Notes: a model not told the origin generated them from the sequence alone. A DNA stretch of 64,000 nucleotides from Saccostrea cucullata (GCF_032062105.1 NW_026930103.1:372001-436000), one strand, 5' to 3'; counted from the first letter of the stretch, positions 51,201 through 64,000 are shown. A program made the numbers and translations.

Positions 51201-54200
51201 AAAACGAGAATATTTAGCGCACAACTAATTTTAGCACCTTTGGCGCAAGAGCCCATGAACGCTAAAATTTATTGTGCGCTAACAGATTTCAAAATAATAT
51301 TTTTGTGTGTGTTCAAAGCTTTTCCATAAGTACATGTAAACCAGAAGGCGCGATTACATAATGTCGAAGGGTCATTGGATTTTATAAACACACTAGCACT
51401 GCTCATGGTAGGATCGATCAAGAAAGTTCTGCCAAATTATAATTTAATTAAACTATTGTTACCCCAGTAGTTGTTACCTGATTCTTATCATTAGCACCTT
51501 CAAAGTTTTGCTTCTCGGCATGTCAATCATCTACCTCCTCAAGGTAAACAGTGCAATTAAGCATGACGATTGAGCTTGCAGACAATACCTGATTTTGTTA
51601 TACCCTTATAAATATCCTTCTATATATTTATTACTAATAAAAAGTCCAACAATAGAAATGTTTATTACGTCGGTCTAACAATTTCACTATTGACCGGTCT
51701 TACATAAGAATTGTTAGACCGCAACGTCACTTGTCTGTTACGTCACAATTAATAATCATCGTTCAATATCGGCGACGCGAAAATAGCCGAAGTTAAGAGC
51801 TATTAAGAGTTGTTGCTAACAGCAAGGTAAGGTAGAAGGGAAGAGTATGTTTTGTGATAAATAATTTTTGTGATATAATAGATTTATAATTGATTTTGTT
51901 TGTTCTCAGCTTGATGTTTTATATTTACTGAAGAAGCCATAATTTTCCATATAAAATAATTGATAGTATAGCGTGTATTGATAAAATTGATCAATCTTAA
52001 GTGAGCAGTGAAGGGTACAACAAAACAGTTATCGGGCAACATATGATTTGTTGGACCTGAAGATGAAAATGTTGCCCTTGGCCTGCGGCCTCGGGCAACA
52101 TTTTCACCTTCAGGTCCAACAAATCATTTGTTGCCCTCATACCCAGTCAATAACTGTATAATGATTACCGTTTATCCAAGTAACTTTCTTTGGATGCATG
52201 CATTGTATTTATATGAATGAAATACGTAAATACACCATTTCTTTTATTTAAAATAAAATGAATTTTAACACTGAGTCATTGCAACACCACGGTAAAGTTG
52301 ACGAATATTTACTTATATACGGGAGCGCTATTGTGTTTCCTTGCTTGACTAATCAAAAAGTCAAATACGGGTGTGGATTAAAAAATATATATCACATTTG
52401 TATATTTTTATGACAAGTGCAAGCACTAAAATTTATTAGCGCCAATGCATTTCCACCTGCGTTTGCGCTAAAATACGTATGCACCAAATTTTCTCGTTTT
52501 ACAGTATTTATCTAATGATAAAGTTCAATTCAGATCAAGCAGTACATAATCATAAGTATAAAGGCTATATTTACCACATGGAGGGAGTGAAGTTTGTTGA
52601 AGACCCCCAGACAGGAGTGGTCCACCAGACAGTTCTCTGAGGCATCTAATTCCTCCAGATTTACCAGCATCTCAACTCCTGTCAATTTACAGGTAAGCAA
52701 AAATAATGGACTACATACTAGTATTATATTATGTGTAGTGAAATTTAAAGCTTTTCCTGACTGTGGTTCCTGATTATATTGTTTTATTATCAGTAACAAT
52801 TATACATGCAATTAAAGCTCATCATCTCAAACTCTGATATCTCAAATACCAGGGATATGTCTATTGAGTTTGCACTCCCAACCACATATTTTAAATATTT
52901 TTAACCCTGGCCATCTGATATCATGAAGATTAATCTTGGTCACAGTGAGTTTAGAATAACAAGGTTTTACTGTACTTCCACTTACCAGAAAGATTGTCTA
53001 GGTTATTGTTCCTGATGACCAGGGTTTGTAGTTTATTTTGAACTGTAATGGAGAATGTTGGCACAGAATCCAACATGTTGTATCCAAGATTAATTCTCCT
53101 CAACTCTGTCAGGTACTGGGGACAAAAAATATAGATTTTAATTTAATTGATGAGAAGGGACTGTTTTATACTTTCTCCACAAAATTTAACAGCAAGAAAA
53201 TCTAGTCAAACAAGAGATGTTTGTAAAACACTTATGCCCCCCCCATCCCCCAAATTGGAATTTTTCCAAGTCCAAGGGGCATAACTCTATCAAAAATGGC
53301 GCGATCGTACCCAAAACAGAACTTGGCCTAGATATTCAGCTGATAAATCTGTGAATATGTGCAACCTCTGCAAAGAAAATGAACAGAAACTGCAAATAAC
53401 AGGAAGTGGAATTTTTCTAAGTACAAGGGGCATAATTCTGACAACAATGGTGCGATCGTACCCAAAACAGAACTTGACTTAGATATTCAGCTGATAAATC
53501 TGTATACTATTTCAATATTTGCAACCTCTGCAAAGAAAATGAATGGAAACTGCAAGTAAATTTTTCTAAGTCCAAGGGGCATAACTCTGTCAAAAATGGC
53601 GCGATCGTATCCAAAACAGAGCTGGCCTAGATATTCACCTGATGTATCTGTATACCAAATTTCATTTCAGTATGTTCAACGGTTGTGAAGAAAATGAACA
53701 GAAACTAAATGGACCAACAGACAGCAGCAAAGCAACATGCCCTCCCTTCTTTGAAGGGGGGGCAAAAAAAGTTGCATGCATTATGTTTTAACAGAAACTG
53801 AAGACAAAGCTATCAGAGATACATGCACCTGCATATATCAGTACTAAATAATATTTTTCAAAACAATACGTATATGTGACATTACACCATGTAAAAAAGT
53901 CTGTGTTTAATTGTTGTGTCTTTCTTCATATTTCCCATTTTCACATAAATCTCACATACCTCAAGGTAATTCTCTACTTTATCAATGTTGTTGTGACTAA
54001 GATCTAAAAGGTGTAAACTTGGCAAAAGTCTCTGAAAAAAATATGTTAAACTTATCAAAAGGTTATTAGTTACACAAAATATTGCTTTCTTCCACATTTT
54101 GTTTAAATGAATTTCAGTTTCATCATAGTCATTTTAAATCACTGTGAATAGCTCCTGTTAAATCCATAGTACTCACTAAAGATGCATCCAGTTTGGATAT

Positions 54201-55736
54201 CCAGTTGTAGCTAAAATAAGCAGCAGTTAGAAGTGGCCATGACATAGGATTACTCTGGTCCCCTCCACAAGTCTCCAGAAATTCCTAAGGGTATATAGAG
54301 AAGGATAAAAATATCTCAACTTATCACAAGCATTAATCCTAAATAGTAAATACAGAAATATGTTATATACAGGCATATTGGAACAGCAGCTTTATATCAC
54401 AGGAATTAGAATCTGCTCAATCTTACACAAAAGAAATTTTTATTATTATTTGACCAAACTAGTACACTTTAACTACTGGATTTCTTATTCAAAGCTGATC
54501 ATGCATGTTCGCTTTGAATAGAAAGGAGAGCAATACAACACTTCCTCTTCTTTTGTTTTGTTTAACTCTAAACAATTGTATTAAATTGTGAAGCAATACT
54601 TCCTTCGCCATTAAGGTCAAAAGACAAAAAAAAAATTTAGATTGTATTTTACAAGTACCTGTAGTGTATGCAAACACCTGGTTACGGTTACAACATGGAG
54701 TTGTCCTCTTAACTTGTGCAATCCCTCCAACATGTGAGTTGGAATCTTTTTTAGCTCCAGAACCTGAAGACTTTTAAATCTTGAGATCAAAATAGGACCT
54801 TGCATTGTTGCTGTTCCATGAGTTATCTGAAAATTTCACAAATATAAAACCATTAACTTGATCCTAATGAACAAAAATGCATACAGGTTTCAAAGATTTT
54901 TTAATAATTTTTACCAGTTTTTCAGGATCCCGAATTTCACCCATTTTAAATTGACAAAATATCTATTTACAATATTCACTGCTGTAAATCACTAAATTTT
55001 CATGACATTTTATTTTCGTGAGATAGTCATTAACTCTTTATAAGTGAAACAGTGAGAATAGCTTAGTACATGTATAATGTTTAATAATACTAATATATTT
55101 AATAATACTAATATACAGATGAATGAAAATTTTTGCAAGTACACTGTCTCGCATTATTATGCGTAAATAAAGTTTCTACGGATAAAGAGTGATTTACAGC
55201 ATTAAATCAACACTTACAACTGTTTTTTTTAAACACACTTCACTCACTTTTAAAGATACAGTTTTTGTGATAAAATCATTTAGAAATTGAGCATTGGTCC
55301 TCCATCTATAGAACTGATCCTGTTCATGGTTCATCCTTTCTCTGCCTCTACCTGGCCCTCTCCTTGACCTCTCAACTTCTTTTTTTGCCTCAAAGTCATA
55401 CTTGGTTTCACTGTATCTTCTAAATGCATTATTCAGTTGACTCAGTGATTGTGTTGTCAAACAAAATTGAGTGCTCCCATTCAGAATTTGTTCTCCTGTA
55501 AAGCAACCTATTATATTCAAGTAAGAAAAAAAATAATAAAAAGCAAACTTAAAAAACAAATTGCCAAATGAATAGCTTAGATATATGTATTGTAATCTAT
55601 AAAACATTTGCATGTCAACAAATCAGAATGTAGAATATGTCAAAAATTGAAATTATTAATCACAATTACCATTCTTCCGCAGAAGGTCAGCTAAATCGTT
55701 AACAATGGCAAATTCTTTCGGATTCAATTTATCCAT
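42277..55736 (-). CDS. STK11IP: Serine/threonine-protein kinase 11-interacting protein (LIP1): LRRs, CxxC..CxxC Zn-ribbon-like motif, conserved C-terminal region
   Basis: Exons 55736-55670, 55495-55248, 54826-54659, 54284-54177, 54031-53960, 53115-52986, 52678-52575, 51011-50919, 50618-(gap), 50087-49829, 49467-49376, 49105-48859, 48530-48402, 48045-47897, 47682-47551, 47305-47234, 47111-47024, 46901-46772, 46578-46553, 46396-45519, 45163-45063, 44707-44532, 44077-43901, 43037-42862, 42474-42277. Motifs: FKSLQVLELKKIP, CGGDQSNPMSWPLLTAAYFSYNWISKLDASLRLLPSLHLLDLSHNNI, LQGNPL, YGVNWLQ, CLKC...CPHCGS, VDHKLQLYLDMNVF, IGLGYQSVRLEF, IREPWEAAFGV. Confidence 0.9.
50414..50575. other. Assembly gap (162 N) cutting an STK11IP exon
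   Basis: Run of N; the exon starting at 50618 (VVLDGKPVKPAEIL...) runs into it. Confidence 0.99.
51197..52504. mobile_element. TA-flanked DNA transposon derivative with a nested hairpin-ended element
   Basis: TA|CTGTAAAACGAGAA ... TTCTCGTTTTACAG|TA; internal hairpin at 52025-52157. Confidence 0.8.
53208..53770 (+). mobile_element. Helentron/HINE-like element with a 3 x ~150-bp internal tandem array
   Basis: Starts AACAAGAGATGTTTGTAAAACAC; CAAGGGGCATAA.TC...AATGG.GCGATCGTA.CCAAAACAGA at 53271, 53422 and 53571; terminal palindrome GCCCTCCCTTCTTTGAAGGGGGGGC. Confidence 0.7.
54982..55198. mobile_element. MITE, decayed copy of the 13351-13558 family
   Basis: CTGTAAATCACTAAATT ... AGTGATTTACAG; internal TGTCTCGC..ATTA.GCG.AAATAAA shared, with CpG decay. 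Confidence 0.7.
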
Positions 55737-56451
55737 ATTATGAAAGTCTTTCACGTGTACATCATTACATGTCCTGGTTTAGCCCCTGTCATCATGGTCA
55801 TACATTATGCATATTAATTTATAAAAAGCCTGGATAATTTCTCATTTCTGCGCATCTTTGTCAAATTATTGTTAAGTCTATTTGGCAATTAACAACTTTG
55901 AGGAAAATCAAACTACCACAAACGCTTTAAATGCAGGAAAAGGTGACAAGTTGAGTTTTGTTGATAAACTTTACCCTCATGTGACAAAAATAGTTCAGGA
56001 AATGACGTCATGGAAAAAAGAATATGATTAGACTAAAATACGTAAACTTGTAAATTGGAGTTCTCCATTAGGTTTTGTCACTGTCGAACATATTACGTTT
56101 TATGAAATGGATTTTCAAATTTTATCCAATATTTACATTCATTTCAGATTAATTTTAATAAGAGTTAGTAGTTTTTAATACCTATCCGGGGCTTGTCTAC
56201 TATAATATTGTAGGTTCTTATTTCTACATCTGATTTTTTTTTTAAATTTATGTAGTGTATTACATTAAATATTTTCTAAATGTAATTATTTTTGTATATT
56301 TTGATAAGAAAAATAAGGTAAATCAATCACATAAATGCAAAATATGATAAATTAAGTTTCAAGAGTTGTCTATTTTACATTGAAGGAGTAATTAGTTTGC
56401 CCTTTACTTTCATTTTAATTTACGCATGCGTTGTGCATGTCAACACGCACC
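55737..56451. promoter_or_regulatory. Probable bidirectional promoter region shared by STK11IP and NAA35
   Basis: Divergent start codons about 715 bp apart; contains CACGTG, TGACGTCA and CGCATGCG motifs. Confidence 0.5.
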
Positions 56452-59400
56452 ATGGAAGGGGAAACACAACCACCAAGGTAATGACAAACAAAGGTTTATT
56501 TCTGCATCTATTGCACGTAATTTATTTGTTCAAGTTTTTAAGATGAAAGTACTGATGTTAAATTTATGTTCTGTGATGTACACACTGTTCAGTGTGTTCA
56601 CAAACAGGTCGGACATTAATGTAATGCATGCACAAGCATGAAACTTGCAGATGCACACCTTGTCATATGAAAGGCTTTGCATTTGCAGTTACACTTGATG
56701 ATAGAATTTTGATATTGTTTTCTCAAAGGAAAAGCTATCCAGGTTTTAATAGCGAGCGCAGCAAGCGTCGCGAATCGACGCAGGTCACTGCGAGCTCTTA
56801 AAGCAATGCCTGGGTGAAGAGAGAATTTTGACAACTGCACATTCATTTGATAGAATTTTTTGATGCAGTAATTTGGACCCACAATGCATCGCTTCTTACA
56901 CAAGGCTAAAGCAACGTTCTCGCGAGAATAAAAACAAAAAAGTTAAACAAATAATAAACTTGCATTGATTTAATGAATTTGTTGCAGAAAAATGGTCTAT
57001 TAAACGGTTCTTCATTTCAAATCAGCTCTGTTCAAGCTTCAGTTTGATAATGCAACGTGACGTCAGAGTCTTAGATGCGTTGAATGTCACGTGCGGTTTG
57101 ACGAGCCTGATCTAAATGAAAACTGGATAAGTATCTGCGCTGGCCCTAACGGTCACACCGTCAACATATTATGATCCATAGATCGTATTTGAAGTGGATG
57201 TGTAAAACTTGCACTGCATTTGTGTGAATGCATTTATATATGCTGTTTTATGTGAATGAAAAAAGAAATTTGTAAAATCACAGACACTTATAACAGAGAT
57301 ATATTATAACTCCACCATTTACAGGGGTGTAGGATCTGTAAAGATTTAAATCTATATACATTCACTATCAGTGACAAAATTATAAAAGTGCAAGGAATAT
57401 ATATGGAAAAAGCTTAGAAGAGGTACTGCAAACAAAAACTAGTACAATTTTCCTTAATGTGGACACTGTAATTAGGGGTGGGACGATATACCGATACACC
57501 GATACATATCGATATTTTCCTCCAAGATACGGTTTACGATACAAGCATTCAAATATCAGTACGAAACGATACACGAACGACCTATCCAAAAACTGAAAAT
57601 GAAAGTACCTGACCTTGGAAAATGGCGGCTTGTACGAGCGAAGAGATGATGTTGATATTGAAAACACACTTTAGAACTAATAAGTCGTTGGTTAGGGGTA
57701 AAACATTATCTCTTTTTAGCAGCCTCGGAAGATTGGACAAGAAAAGTTCAGTATGTAATGCGTGCTATACACAGAAAATATCGTTTCCAGAACATTTGAT
57801 ATTATTAATTGTTAGTCCATCTTGAACTTTTTTTTTGTAATCTCAACTTGGCTACAGACTTTCAGCAGTGAATTAATAAAAATGTAAATGTGATCGATTT
57901 TTTTAAAATGAATTTTTAGTCAGTTTTCTCTGATAAACTACACAACTATTTGTAAACAACTTCTGAATTAGTGAATAGTAATTTGGTAATAATAGTATGT
58001 ACATGCATTATTGTTTTTGTAAAGTTTTAGTCAATGAAATTGATGAACTTCAAGTATTAATTTCAAAGAAAACATGATTTGATACAGAATAATTTGTTCA
58101 TTTAATGTCAAGACAAAAAAAGGAATAAAATACTAATTTTTCTGAATAGTTTTGTAATTTATCATAATATCGAGATACGTATCGTATCGTGACAATATAT
58201 CGAGATACGTATCGTATCGCAAGATGTGTGTATCGTCCCACCCCTAACTGTAATTTAATTGAACTTGCTTGAAGACCGTATAGTTTGCACTAAAACCATC
58301 AAATCATTAAAAACTGCCCTCTACAGCCTAGTTGTTTCAGTTAAATCAACAAGCTCTCTAACAGTCTATCACTCTATGCATCAGGACCTGACTGACCAAC
58401 TGCTCTCACCATCATAGAAAAGCCCAAAATAAATAATTTAATGTAGTCATTTTCCCCCTTTCTTATGCATAAATTTTAAGAATATTGTATAATGATATTA
58501 AATTTTTATCTTTTTCACATGACAGTGTTCCCAGTTCTCAGGGTGACCACTTAAGGACTGAAGATAAACCCCGATATGACTGGGTTGACATCACAGATGA
58601 ATTCATGTCATCAGCTTCAGAACTCCAAATGGGGGAACTTCTCCATGACACAGGGTAAGTCATGATACATCATTACATCAGGGAACAAAACTCAGACAAC
58701 TCCTTGATATGGTATAAGTTGTGATACTCTTCAGTAAAAGAGATTAAGATGGGAGGAGAATTAGTCCATGAGACAGGGTAAGTTATCACACCTTGGCTTG
58801 TTTCAGAGATCCAGATGCTAGATTTCCCAAATAAATATGTGTGTGTATGTGGGGTGGGGGGTTAATTTGTAATCATTCGGATGTCATTTGTTTCAAAGCG
58901 CCCTAATGGAGATTTCCATCATACCTTGGGTAACTAGGTTTTACATCAATCAAAGAAGTGAAAGTTCAAATTCTGCCATTAACAGCAACCATGTTACATT
59001 AAGTTGAAAATTTTGAGGGGAGCATGTCCTGGGATTCCCATTGTATATTCATTCCCACCAAGTGCTGATGTAGTGCAGTCATTCTCATATTCTCTCTTTT
59101 CACCATTTTCCCCCTTCCACAAAAAATGATATATAGTCAAATTAGAAAAACCTAGATAAATCACTGACATGTTTGTTGCATCATTAAAATTGTACAAAAA
59201 ATACAGAAAGGATTAACCTTAAAAAATGATTAACACCCTAATTAATATTAACAGATTTGGACTGTTTGAAGCCATGTCAGCCATTGAGATGATGGACCCT
59301 AAGATGGATGCTGGTATGATGTGTAACCAGATACAGAGGAAAGTCCTGACCTTTGACCTGGCTTTAGAGGTACATTTCAACTCGTTTGTCATATATGATG

Positions 59401-62400
59401 TATACCATGTTAGATGTTATAATTAGCCAAACCTATAGCTAAGAAATTCAATAATAAGTCATCTAAAAATACGCCTTTAAACCCCTATAGAGAAAACAGT
59501 TTATATTGAAGACATCTAAGTCTTGAGTATTATTAGTTATCCAGATTCAGTCAAGAATGTACAGGGATTATTCAGGGTTTTATTCCATACACCCTGAGAC
59601 CGAAGGCTGAAGGGTGTATGGAATACAACCCAGGGTAAATCCCCGTACAGCCTTGATTGGACCTGGATAACAAATTTATTTTCTATGTACCCAAATAAAT
59701 TCTTTGTAAACATAAGTCCAATCAACTGTGTTTCAACCAATTGTGACGTCATGTTATTTGCTTTTTATCATAGAAAAACTGCATTGTTATTGTCTTGTTA
59801 TTTATCTCCGGGTAAAGTTGAGAGTAAGGTAATTTACTCCCGGATTGCTAACCAATCAAATCTTGTGTTACAAGCTAGATAGAAAATAATGTTTAATTTA
59901 TATATTTAATTTTGTATTGAGACTTGAGGAGAAATAACCATATTTTTCTGCATTCATTACAGAGTGGGGCCATTAAAATTAAAGACCTGACAATTCCAGA
60001 ACTGATAGGCATTATGGACACATCCCTGGCTTGTTTGGTAAGCAATGTAGTTCTTATATGCTTGCATTGGGAATGATGTTGATACACAATGAGGAACCTG
60101 TTGATGTATATATTACATTATAGGACCCATTGTTTATTGCCATAGTTCAAAAAACAAGATTTTTCCTGTTTTGAATTCTGTAAGTTACTGGACACTGTAT
60201 GTGCCATTTGCATAATTCCACTGAGAAAAAAGCACTGAAAGAATAAACAACACATGAGAGTACTATCATCTTTCTCACATTTCACATTTCTACTGTACAC
60301 AGGCCACATGGTTGGAGGGTCATTCCTTGGCCCAGACAGTCTTTACAAATCTGTACCTACACAATCCATATGTGATTGAGGACAAATGTTTGAAGGCATT
60401 CAGCATCCTAATGTTGAAACTGGTGGACCATATCAGGGACAGGGTGAACAGGGCTGGGGTTTTTGAAGAGGTGAGTATGATTTTTACTGAAATTAATTTG
60501 TTTTAATAGATTTAATGTTTTTGGTGTGAGTACAATTTTGAATTCTGAATGGCAAGAATCTCCTTATCACAAAATGTCATCATGTTCATACACATGCGCC
60601 ACTGCAGGTCAATATACTGTATACAGGGAACCCTCCCCCCCCCCAATTAATTTTTGCCCCTTTGGCCCTTGTCCTGATTGGGCAGATATGAAATAGGATG
60701 AATTCAAAGAATACAGCATTGTTTCTTAAACAGACAGTGTTTGCACACGTAAAAAAGTGAAGTAGGGGTAAGTAATCTTGTATACAGTAACTAAAGCTTC
60801 ATCTGATGATTTCAATGATGCTTTGAGTTGTACTTCAACATATAAACAATATCATTCGAAAATTATCATCAAAGTTGTAGTGTTTGGAAAATGAAACAAT
60901 AATAATAAATATTGACTTTATTGAGACAGTATAATCATTTAGTTAATGTCTCAAAGAATTTGATTCAACTCATCCATCAGTTCAAAAAAAAAGTTTGTCT
61001 GATTATTTAATTATTCAATTGTTCTGTAAACTTTACTGCAACTTGAGATGAAAGATAAAATCATAAATTTTACTGGTAGAAAATAAGGTTTCCCATAAAA
61101 GAAATGTAAAAGTCTGTAATAAATATGCTTAAAAAAGAATCTGTGTTTGTAGGAGGACTTCCAAAGTATGACATATGGTTTCAAGATGGCTGCTGATGTC
61201 ACGGATACCAGAGCAACAGGGATGATGAAAGAAGTCGAAGATGACCTCAACAGAACTCTCAAGGTCAGTCAATCAAAACAACTAAAAATTTAGACTTACG
61301 AGAATTGTTTTTGGTCAGTTTTCAAAAATAAAATCTTAAGAGTCTTAGGATTTGTTATTTGATATTGTATGCTTGAGAAAAATCAATAGTGTTTGTAAGG
61401 CAGTGAGTCTTTACTTTTTACTCTATTAGCTTTAAGTAATAAAAATAAGTTCATAAAAACTGGTCAACTTATGTATAAAAATGTATTAAGTATACTAAAC
61501 ATGGAATCATTTTAATTTGTGGGGGTCAATAGTCTTGGGCATGAAAAATTTTACTTGTTCGTGAGGATGTAATTTCATGGGTTACTCATTTATTTGAGAG
61601 ATTCAATGAATCAGTATGCTTTAAAAAAGTAATGTTCAAGGGGATGTAAATTCGTTTATCAGGGTGACCCACGATATCCACAAACAATGACCCCCCATGA
61701 ACAATGATGATTCCACATTATGTACTTTACATCATGTTACAGTCACAATATTATTTCAGTTGTTGTTTAAATATACATATACATGTATTTCACAAAGTCC
61801 AAAGTCAAGTTAAACTAAGATGAAGCAAGGTCCTGCAAAATTCGCTGTCATTTTCTAGACCTATTAGTTTTATTTAAAAGTGGCCACAACAAGCTCTGTC
61901 CTTTGTGGGAGGTGAGAAACATGATACTTATACTCTAGAAAACTGTCCCTAACGGAGTATGAATGGTCATTAGTAATAAATATAAATATGATTTTGCAGC
62001 AGCTGTATTGATTGTACCTGTACAACTTTTTGATAATTAGAATGACTTGCACATTGGAATTTCCATTCTTATGACCCTACCTAGTCGACAAATTTGTTAC
62101 AAAAAGGGAAATCCCCTGTCTGAAACAAAACTCATTTTGATTGACAACAAGTGATGCCTTGAAACAAATTTTTGATCCTCAATACATGTTCTCTTGTTTA
62201 TTTCTATATTGGTTGATGGATGGTACTAGAAACCTCCCAATACATAGAAAAAAAATGTATGACCTTTTCCATCTAAATATGAAGGATAGGTAGAATTCTC
62301 CTGATCTATCGTAACGATGCAAATCCGTTTGAAGTGTAATTCGTCAAATTCCCTTTTCTTCATGATGCAATTATCAATACACCTAATGGCAAAAAATAAT

Positions 62401-62785
62401 ATTACATGTGATCTATTACATGCAACATTTTGCAGCTGTAAATGAAGTGATGAATTTCTGTACACCTTCACATAATGATGATATATTCAGTTGTACCACG
62501 ATTTAAGAATAAGATTCATTTATTTGTACGTTGAAAGCATGAGAAAAAAATTAAAATGAAGAGATTAGCATGTGTATTTTCTAGAAAGGGATGTGTTTTT
62601 ATTTTGTATATTGAAAAAAATGGGATTTTTGAAGGACTAGATTCTGAACTTTTCATTCATACGCAGTTGCATAATCAATGCATTGTTCATTTCTTAGTAA
62701 GCTGGTCACCTGCAGGTTAACAGTTACTTAATTTATCAATATTTCTGGTTGAGATAAGTGCATGCACATCATTCTTATGATATGT

Positions 62786-62829
<44 letters not shown>

Positions 62830-64000
62830 TCAAGTACATGTAATTCTTTTATTCTTTAAGTTTTACATAGAAATATGAAATCATATACTTTTATGAAATA
62901 CATGTAGAATTTTATTGAATCAATCAAAATTTGGGGAATTAATTAAATTAACCTCACAAACATTGTTGCCTCTAAGGTAATAAAGTGTTTCTTTTCTGTC
63001 AGTAAATTGCTGTGCAGATTGAGAGCAAAATAATTCCTTTAATGGAAATCTCTCTATCTCAGGATCACCCCCTTAGTCAAAGCCAGTACCCATTGACAGA
63101 AATTAATTAAGATTTATCAAACTCTCTGAAATGCCATAAAATGTCTACCAACTTTTCTTTAATAGTATTTCTCTGAAAGAGAAGTTGATTAGGAGTAGGT
63201 TGAAACATGAATTGTTTTGGTTACTTTCTTATAGTCTCATTGTTTGTTCTTCAGATGACCAGAAGTAAAGTGGGAGAGGAGAGAGATGCACAGACAGAAC
63301 AGGAGGTAAATCAATTTAACCAGTGTTTTCTTGCTATGTAAATACATTATATATAAGATTCTTCACTGTAAGTAGACAAGTGCTTCTGCAGGGATACATA
63401 GAAACCAAACACTTGTTTTTGTGAGGGTTATTTTCATGTACAATTGAACTCAGTTTTCTCAAACACCTAAGTGGAAATCAATACAGTGCATATGGTAAAG
63501 TGACTTGGCAGTTCCTATCGCTTTCTGTGTTTTATCCTCATTATCTTGAATTCTTAGATATCCTGAAAATAAATCTCATTCTTCTGGAGTTCAAAGTAAC
63601 CAGGTTTGACTACATGTATATATTTATTTTTTCTAACAGCATGAAAGATGCAATGCCCTATTTTCAAGAGTGAAGTTCTTCCGGCTGTTTTTTATGACAC
63701 TGTTATCATTCAGTAAAGAAAAGGTTAGTGCCATGAAACAGAAGTTTCATAGTTAACATTTCTATAGATAAATATAAATCATAGAAATTGTTACCAATTA
63801 AAAGAGAAAGTAAAAGCAAAATTTCAGAACATATTTTGAGGAGTTTGAAGTGTTTGAAAATACAGTAGAATGTTTAGCACAAAAATGAATGTTTACTCTT
63901 ATTTATTATCAAATTCATCTATTTTTACAGTGTGAGGGAATCCCCCAGGCCCAGAAGTTGATTGGTCAGCTTCTGGAACTCTTGCCCACCATCAGGGACA
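56452..64000 (+). CDS. NAA35: N-alpha-acetyltransferase 35, NatC auxiliary subunit (MAK10), 5' part
   Basis: Exons 56452-56477, 58526-58654, 59255-59369, 59963-60037, 60303-60470, 61153-61263, 63255-63305, 63640-63723, 63931->64000. [68 protein letters not shown] and [14 protein letters not shown] are Mak10 signatures. Exon 1 is inferred. Confidence 0.93.
57473..58246. mobile_element. hAT-superfamily MITE in NAA35 intron 1
   Basis: TIR TAGGGGTGGGACGATA / TATCGTCCCACCCCTA; perfect 8-bp TSD ACTGTAAT (57465-57472, 58247-58254); subterminal CGATAC repeats. Confidence 0.9.
59536..59890. mobile_element. Short non-autonomous element beginning with a ~135-bp hairpin (59536-59671)
   Basis: Arms GTTATCCAG...TATTCCATACACCCT and AGGGTGTATGGAATA...CTGGATAAC; CCAATCA motifs follow; inverted ATTTTCTA/TAGAAAAT pair. 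Confidence 0.6.
60617..60787. mobile_element. Small TA-flanked MITE
   Basis: TA|CTGTATACAGG ... CTTGTATACAG|TA; a related right half lies at ~18155-18282. Confidence 0.65.
62789..62826. repeat. (GA)n microsatellite
   Basis: Pure GA run. Confidence 0.95.

Noticed and set aside
56700-57200. CpG-rich segment in NAA35 intron 1 as an ncRNA or separate gene
   Set aside because: No recognisable RNA motif or credible ORF; probably a repeat fragment whose ends could not be defined.

Overview
AT-rich, intron-containing eukaryotic DNA. The repeat families suggest a bivalve, probably an oyster (inference). There is no prokaryotic-type system. Six spliced genes were rebuilt by hand from GT-AG boundaries and reading phase: (1) a minus-strand ankyrin-repeat protein whose >3.4-kb low-complexity exon runs off the left edge; (2) NDUFA8 (+); (3) a two-exon 89-aa stathmin-like gene (-) missing from the ORF track; (4) IMMP1L (+), preceded by an in-frame upstream ORF; (5) STK11IP (-, about 25 exons, one cut by a 162-N gap); (6) NAA35/MAK10 (+, truncated at the right edge), divergent from STK11IP. 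Introns and intergenic DNA hold many non-autonomous elements: MITEs with TA, TTA, 8-bp or 9-bp TSDs, Helentron-like satellite-bearing elements and tRNA-derived SINEs. Most notable: five long hairpins with mostly unrelated stems that share one strand-specific apex (tandem GA mismatch, 4-bp stem, cGNAg/cGNNAg loop); tandem copies of exon end plus splice donor in three unrelated genes; two foldback-like MITE copies with different 8-bp TSDs forming a large inverted repeat at the NDUFA8 promoter; and the uORF-UGA-IMMP1L arrangement.
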